Origin: Spirochaetaceae bacterium
Lineage (GTDB): Bacteria; Spirochaetota; Spirochaetia; WRBN01
Direction of reading: 5' to 3'
Assembly (NCBI GenBank): GCA_020024055.1
Contig: JAHHUI010000001.1
Span: 1 to 44,902 of the forward strand
Length of the DNA stretch: 44,902 nucleotides
Position 1 is the stretch's first letter; each line of letters begins with the position of its first letter. Under the pieces are notes generated by a model, which made no database searches, was not told the DNA's origin, and was given only the letters and a program-made list of their open reading frames with translations. Positions 39,668 to 44,902 of the stretch are shown here, in pieces. The translations under genes and the position numbers were made by a program.

Positions 39668-42313
39668 ATGAAAAATCATGACATGCCCAAAAATTATGCA
39701 CCCAAAGAATTTGAGGAACGCATATATAAAAAATGGATGCAGCATCAGGCCTTTCGGCCGGAAATCATGAGCGACGGGCAGCCGTTTGTCATGGTGATTC
39801 CCCCGCCGAATGTCACCGGCGTGCTGCATATGGGGCATGGCCTGAACAACAGCCTGCAGGACATTCTTGCGCGCTATCATCGCATGAGCGGACGCGCCAC
39901 ACTGTGGCTTCCGGGCACAGACCATGCCGGCATTGCCACACAGCATGTGGTGGAGCGGGAATTGCATGCACAGGGCAAAGATCGCCATGACCTGGGCAGG
40001 GAAAAATTTATTGAAGAAACCTGGCGCGTGAAAGAACGGCATCATAAAGTGATTATTGAGCAGCTGAAAAAGATTGGCAGCAGCTGTGACTGGTCACGCG
40101 AGCGTTTCACCCTGGATGAAGGGCTTAGCGCTGCGGTGCGCCATGTTTTTGTCACCCTATATCAGCGTGATTTGCTGTATCAGGGCAAATATCTGGTGAA
40201 TTGGTGCACATGCTGCGGCACGGCATTGGCCGATGACGAAGTGGAATATCATGACGAAGAAGGATATTTATACCATCTGCGTTATATCCTGGAAGATGGC
40301 AGTGGCGAGCTGATCGTGGCCACCACACGACCGGAGACTATCTTTGGCGATGTGGCCGTGGCGGTGCACCCTGAAGACACGCGCTATGCACATCTGATTG
40401 GAAAAAAGCTGCGCCTGCCTCTGCAGGATCGCTGTGTACCTATTATCGCCGACAGCTATGTCGATCGTGAATTTGGCACGGCATGTCTGAAAATTACCCC
40501 TGCACATGATATTAACGACTATGAAATTGGCCAGCGGCACAATCTTCCCAGCATTAACATCATGAATGCCAACGGGCATTTAAACGAAGAAGTGCCGGCT
40601 CCCTGGCGCGGACTGCCTATTGGGCAGGCGCGCTCTTCTGTGGTGCAAGCCTTGGAAAGAGAAGGCCTGCTGACGGGCAAAACCCCACATCAAAACCGCG
40701 TGGGCTGCTGCTATCGCTGTGACACACCTATTCAGCCGTATTTGAGCAAGCAATGGTTTGTGCGGATGAAACCCATGGCGGAAAAGGCCCTTTGTGCCTG
40801 GCAAAGCGGAGAGATTCATTTCTATCCCAAGCGCTGGGAAAACACCTATCGGCACTGGCTGGAAAATATCCGCGACTGGTGTATCAGCCGTCAGCTTTGG
40901 TGGGGGCATCGCATTCCTGCCTGGCATTGTGCTTTCTGTGGAAAAATCAGCGTCAGTAAAGAAGATCTCACACAATGCAGCCATTGCGGGTCAACAGACA
41001 TTATCCAAGATCCGGATGTATTAGACACTTGGTTTTCCAGCTGGCTGTGGCCTTTTTCCACCATGGGCTGGCCCGAAAAAACAGATGATTTAAAAAAATA
41101 CTATCCGGGCAATACACTCGTCACCGCTTATGACATTATCTTTTTCTGGGTGGCGCGCATGATCATGGCCGGCTTGGAATTTACTGGTCGGGTACCTTTC
41201 CACGATATTTACATTACCCCCTTGGTGCGCGACAAACAGGGACGCAAAATGAGCAAAAGCCTGGGCAATGGAATTGATCCATTAGACATTGTGGACGAAT
41301 ATGGCGCCGATGCGCTGAAATTCACCATTGCCTATCTCAGCAGCCAGGGCCAAGACCTGCCCTTGGATCATGACAGTTTCAAGCTGGGCAGCAAATTCTG
41401 CAACAAAATCTGGAATGCCAGCCGTTATCTGCTGATGAATCTGGACAATATTCCTGTGCAGGAGAAAGCACGGTATAATGAATTGGATCATTGGATCCTC
41501 GCTCGATTGAACCTGGCAGCACGGCATATGTCTAAAGCCTTTGCCGAATATCGTTTTGATGATATGGGCCATGTGGTCTACGATTTCTTCTGGAATGATT
41601 TCTGTGACTGGTACATCGAAGCCAGCAAATTGGGCCTGTACAGCGACAATGCCCAGGAGCAAAGCCGCGCCCTGACTGCGGCACTGGCCATTATGAAAGA
41701 GACCTTGGCTTTGCTGCATCCATTCGTGCCATTTCTTAGTGAAGAAATCTACAGCAAAATACCCGGCTGTGCAGAAAGTCTGCTGATTTTACAGCCCTAT
41801 CCTGTCTATCATGAAAACCGGCATGAGCCTGAATTATTGCAGCAATTTGAGATTTTACAGCAGCTCATTTCAGGCATACGCACATTGCGCAGCGAAAATC
41901 AGATTACCCCAGAAAAACGTGTCAAGGTAACGATTGCTTTTGATAAGGACTTTTTGCATCAGGATTTTATCAAGAGCTGTTTTGCGCTGATTGTCAGCCT
42001 TGCACGCTGTGAATCTGTGGAAATATGGGCAGAAAATCACGCACCTGAACAAAGTCTCAGCTTTCATCTTGACGGCTGCCGTGCCTATATCCTGATGGCC
42101 GATCTGATTGACAAAGAAGCCGAGAAAGCAAAAACGCGCAAAGAAATTGAAAAGATGCGTGCATTGCTGGCGGGCGCAGAAGCTAAATTGGCCAATGAAA
42201 ATTTCCTTGCCAAAGCGGCTGAAAGCGCCGTGCAAAAAGAACATGCCAAAAAGCAGGAAGCCTTACATGCACTGGAGCGTTTGCAAATTTATTTGGATAA
42301 ACTGAATAATTAG
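39668..42313 (+). CDS. valS: Valine--tRNA ligase
   Basis: PPPNVTGVLHMGH (HIGH), the CP1 editing domain, KMSKSLGNG, and a C-terminal coiled coil. Confidence 0.97.
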   Translation: MKNHDMPKNYAPKEFEERIYKKWMQHQAFRPEIMSDGQPFVMVIPPPNVTGVLHMGHGLNNSLQDILARYHRMSGRATLWLPGTDHAGIATQHVVERELHAQGKDRHDLGREKFIEETWRVKERHHKVIIEQLKKIGSSCDWSRERFTLDEGLSAAVRHVFVTLYQRDLLYQGKYLVNWCTCCGTALADDEVEYHDEEGYLYHLRYILEDGSGELIVATTRPETIFGDVAVAVHPEDTRYAHLIGKKLRLPLQDRCVPIIADSYVDREFGTACLKITPAHDINDYEIGQRHNLPSINIMNANGHLNEEVPAPWRGLPIGQARSSVVQALEREGLLTGKTPHQNRVGCCYRCDTPIQPYLSKQWFVRMKPMAEKALCAWQSGEIHFYPKRWENTYRHWLENIRDWCISRQLWWGHRIPAWHCAFCGKISVSKEDLTQCSHCGSTDIIQDPDVLDTWFSSWLWPFSTMGWPEKTDDLKKYYPGNTLVTAYDIIFFWVARMIMAGLEFTGRVPFHDIYITPLVRDKQGRKMSKSLGNGIDPLDIVDEYGADALKFTIAYLSSQGQDLPLDHDSFKLGSKFCNKIWNASRYLLMNLDNIPVQEKARYNELDHWILARLNLAARHMSKAFAEYRFDDMGHVVYDFFWNDFCDWYIEASKLGLYSDNAQEQSRALTAALAIMKETLALLHPFVPFLSEEIYSKIPGCAESLLILQPYPVYHENRHEPELLQQFEILQQLISGIRTLRSENQITPEKRVKVTIAFDKDFLHQDFIKSCFALIVSLARCESVEIWAENHAPEQSLSFHLDGCRAYILMADLIDKEAEKAKTRKEIEKMRALLAGAEAKLANENFLAKAAESAVQKEHAKKQEALHALERLQIYLDKLNN

Positions 42314-43092
42314 CTTAATAAAACAAGACTCAAACCCATCACAATCATGCCCGAAGTTAAGCCCAGCATGGCTAAATGATAATGCCCGTATTCCTTTGCC
42401 GCGGGCAAAAGTTCATCCAGAGAAATATACACCATGATGCCTGCAATCGCAATGTTAATCTGCTGAAGCAAGACGGGCGTGAGCACAGGCATTAAAAGAA
42501 AATACGCCAGCAGGGCGCCAATAGGTTCTGTCATGCCCGAAAGAAAAGTCATCCACATGGCTTTTTTTCGATTATGTGTGGCTTCATAGACAGGAATATA
42601 CACCGCCATGCCCTCGGGAATATTATGAATAGCAATGGCAATAGAAATCATTAGACCAATTCTTGGATTTTCCAGCGAGCCAAGAAAAGTGACCATGCCT
42701 TCGGGGAAATTGTGCAAAGCAATGACAATCGTGGTGAGCATACCTGTACGCCAGAGCGATTTTGAAGGCCCGGTACGCCCTTCATTGTGCTGGCCTATAT
42801 CCGGCTCGCACAAATCCGGTATCAGGCGATTGACTGCAATCACCACCATAATACCAATAAGAAAAGAAATTAAAGCGCGCATTCCCCCTTTAAAAGAGCC
42901 AAAATACTCTATCAAAATGCTTTGTCCATTGGCAAATAATTCCACAAAAGAGACATAAATCATCACGCCGGCGGAAAACCCCAATGAGGCTGAAAGCCAT
43001 TTATGATCTCCCTTGCGGTATAATATGCTTAGAACACCGCCCAAGGTGGTGGCTAATCCAGCCGTGGCAGATAAAATAAGCGCGTATAGCAT
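42310..43092 (-). CDS. zupT: ZIP-family zinc transporter (ZupT-like)
   Basis: The duplicated HNFPEGM / HNIPEGM motifs and ~8 TM helices. Confidence 0.8.
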   Translation of the reverse strand: MLYALILSATAGLATTLGGVLSILYRKGDHKWLSASLGFSAGVMIYVSFVELFANGQSILIEYFGSFKGGMRALISFLIGIMVVIAVNRLIPDLCEPDIGQHNEGRTGPSKSLWRTGMLTTIVIALHNFPEGMVTFLGSLENPRIGLMISIAIAIHNIPEGMAVYIPVYEATHNRKKAMWMTFLSGMTEPIGALLAYFLLMPVLTPVLLQQINIAIAGIMVYISLDELLPAAKEYGHYHLAMLGLTSGMIVMGLSLVLLS

Positions 43093-43158
43093 AATGACTC
43101 ATAACTCCTTAACTCTTAAAGCGATTTTGTTCTTTACAATAATATATGGTAATGATTT

Positions 43159-44502
43159 ATGAACCAAAAACCGAAATCTGATTGTATGATTACCCTTAAA
43201 AGAACTGTTTTTTGCCTCATTTTAATCTTCGGCACAACTTTCACTTATGCGCAGGAAAATGATGAAGAAATAGATTTTATCAATACTCATGAGGAATTTG
43301 AAGATAATATTCCTATCCCTAATGCACCAGACACAGAAGCTGTGCCTGAGGACAGACATTTAACAGATAAACAGACAGTCTATACAGGCGTGCACGATGG
43401 ACTGGAAGACATGAATTTACATACTGAAGAGGTTAATGTTGAGGAGGCTTTGGTTTTACATCGGCAGGATGTACGCCTTTTGCCCAATAAAGACGGCAGC
43501 TTCGAGCTTTTCGTGCGCCATATCCCCGGAAGAGAATCTATTCTTATTACAGACAGCACAGCTGAACCAGACGGCCTGGCTGACAATTACACTTTGCGTG
43601 CTTATGACTGGCATGCTACCTATGGTGACGAACAGCGTATTCTAAACGGAAAAATACTTAAACGCGAGCCGCCGCTGTATTTTTTAATGGACAGCACGCC
43701 TGCTGAGATTCAGGGATTTGAAAAGGGCACTCAGTGGTTTCATATCCACCTGCCCAAAGCTGTGATGTTTGGCTATCCCTGGGGCCGCGAAGGGCAATTT
43801 GACATTGGCGCAGGCACCTGGATCAGCATACGCACATTCAACAAACGCTTTGCCGATTATTCGGGACCATATAAAGACAATCCATTTGTCATTACCAGCC
43901 GAGAAAAACCCAAACCCGTGGTAGAAAGAGAAAAACCCTTCCAGCAACTGGCCAAAGAAGGCAATGGGCAGTTTTTCCAGGCCAGAAATACACAGCATAT
44001 GCTGGACCGTATTGACGAGATCCTGGCCCAAAACACCGGGCAAGACCTGGATGTGGCCATTGTTCTAGACACCACGATCAGCATGAAAGAAGACCTGAAA
44101 GAAATTAAAAAGCAGCTGGCCCCAAAATTTGCTGCCTTTCAGCTTCAGCCCGAAAACAGACAAAAATCACAACGCCTGGCGATTGTCTTTTATCGTGATT
44201 ATCCGCCAGACAAGTATTTAACAAAAGAAATTGACTTCACCAACAATTTGGAACAATTCCAGGCCGTGCTGGATATTGAAGTGGCGGCAGGGGGCTATGA
44301 CACGCCCGAGGCTGTGTATGAAGGTATTGATGCGGCTATCCATCGCCTTTCATGGTATAATCCACGCCGTCTGATCATTCAAATCGGTGATGCGATACCA
44401 CACCCCATTCCGCGAAGGAATATCACGGCCAAAACAGTGGCGCGCGATGCAGAAAAAAATAATATTTCGGTGAATACCATTCTCTTGCCTAATAGAAAGT
44501 AA
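43159..44502 (+). CDS. Secreted protein with a C-terminal von Willebrand factor A-like domain
   Basis: A signal peptide (LILIFGTTFTYA|Q), an acidic linker, an unassigned middle domain, and C-terminal DVAIVLDTTISM (MIDAS-like DxTxS)..AIVFYRDY..GGYDTPEAVYEG..IIQIGDA. Confidence 0.55.
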   Translation: MNQKPKSDCMITLKRTVFCLILIFGTTFTYAQENDEEIDFINTHEEFEDNIPIPNAPDTEAVPEDRHLTDKQTVYTGVHDGLEDMNLHTEEVNVEEALVLHRQDVRLLPNKDGSFELFVRHIPGRESILITDSTAEPDGLADNYTLRAYDWHATYGDEQRILNGKILKREPPLYFLMDSTPAEIQGFEKGTQWFHIHLPKAVMFGYPWGREGQFDIGAGTWISIRTFNKRFADYSGPYKDNPFVITSREKPKPVVEREKPFQQLAKEGNGQFFQARNTQHMLDRIDEILAQNTGQDLDVAIVLDTTISMKEDLKEIKKQLAPKFAAFQLQPENRQKSQRLAIVFYRDYPPDKYLTKEIDFTNNLEQFQAVLDIEVAAGGYDTPEAVYEGIDAAIHRLSWYNPRRLIIQIGDAIPHPIPRRNITAKTVARDAEKNNISVNTILLPNRK

Positions 44503-44532
44503 ACCCCCTATAATGTGCCAAGGGGAAATATT

Positions 44533-44902
44533 ATGAGCAAGAATCACTTGTCTAATGTTTACACACAGGCGCAGAAAGCTCAGGCTTTGGCTTTCTGCGA
44601 AGAGTATAAACAATTTTTAAATCATGCCAAAACCGAACGCCTCGCCATTGCCTTGGCATTGCAAATGGCCCAAAAAGCCGGCTATGTCTCTATTGATGAA
44701 AAACAAAACCTGGTCAGCGGAGACAAAGTTTATTTCCTGAATCAGGGCAAAAATCTATGCCTGGTGCATATTGGACAGCAAACACTGACAAATGGTCTTT
44801 CCATCGTTGCTACGCATATAGACTCACCCTGTCTTGACCTCAAACCTCAGCCGATTTACGAAGATTGTGAACTGGCATTGCTGAAAACCCAGTATTACGG
44901 GG
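44533..44902 (+). CDS. M18-family aminopeptidase, N-terminal part (runs off the right edge)
   Basis: My own translation gives MSKNHLSNVY..FLNHAKTERLAI..GDKVYFLNQGKNLCLVHIG..IVATHIDSPCLDLKPQP..LLKTQYYG. It is not in the ORF track because it is open at the edge. Confidence 0.75.
   Translation, partial: MSKNHLSNVYTQAQKAQALAFCEEYKQFLNHAKTERLAIALALQMAQKAGYVSIDEKQNLVSGDKVYFLNQGKNLCLVHIGQQTLTNGLSIVATHIDSPCLDLKPQPIYEDCELALLKTQYYG

Noticed and set aside
39608-40045. 145-aa minus-strand ORF, plus other antisense ORFs within valS (40268..40984, 41282..41719, 41870..42244)
   Set aside because: These are shadow ORFs of valS, which is unambiguous.
42310-42313. 4-nt convergent overlap of valS and zupT, and the 5-nt gap between secA and the PSP1 gene, with no terminators
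   Set aside because: This reflects genome compaction. No structure beyond the overlapping stop codons is visible.
43093-43158. Possible Zur or other metalloregulator box between zupT and the vWA gene
   Set aside because: Only a weak 4-nt palindrome (TTAC..GTAA) around an AT-rich core is present. That is not enough to call an operator without a position weight matrix.

Overview
Calls rest on motif recognition only; I ran no searches or computations. The window is a chromosomal segment from a diderm bacterium. The gene content (lipoproteins, a bactofilin + M23 pair, a GldG-like ABC system, a GT4 glycolipid-type transferase, PSP1/DUF327) is compatible with a spirochete-like organism, but the taxon cannot be established from this window. 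Most of the window is densely packed housekeeping: metG, eno, rlmE, hisS, an nrnA-like DHH gene, rfbB/rfbD, HIT, corA-like, capA-like, a dksA/traR-like gene, secA, valS, zupT, and a partial M18 aminopeptidase. No transposase, integrase, CRISPR array, tRNA or rRNA was seen. Three regions stand out. (1) At the left edge (1-2383) are two tandem paralogous beta-class amino-DNA-methyltransferase genes with mosaic blocks of 100% nucleotide identity. The complete copy is fused to an Mrr-type PD-(D/E)xK domain. (2) An accessory island at about 5.97-10.9 kb lies between eno and a VIT1-family gene. It is built from monocistronic small lipoprotein or outer-membrane-protein genes. Most have their own near-consensus promoter, five of which carry a variable interrupted poly-C tract in the -35/-10 spacer, and most end in an intrinsic terminator. 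Three of the genes are frameshifted at or near homopolymers, and one promoter-to-terminator unit has no credible ORF. This island is my best candidate for an undescribed system: a phase-variable or co-regulated surface-protein array. (3) At 21.4-25.8 kb is an operon that translationally couples a GT4 glycosyltransferase to a GldA / GldF-GldG fusion / DUF4340-like ABC system. Also noted: a metzincin lipoprotein pseudogene, an M23-bactofilin-DUF327-PSP1 operon behind a near-consensus promoter, a 1173-aa GH13-like protein with apparently degenerate catalytic motifs, and a 965-aa TPR protein with a degenerate P-loop.
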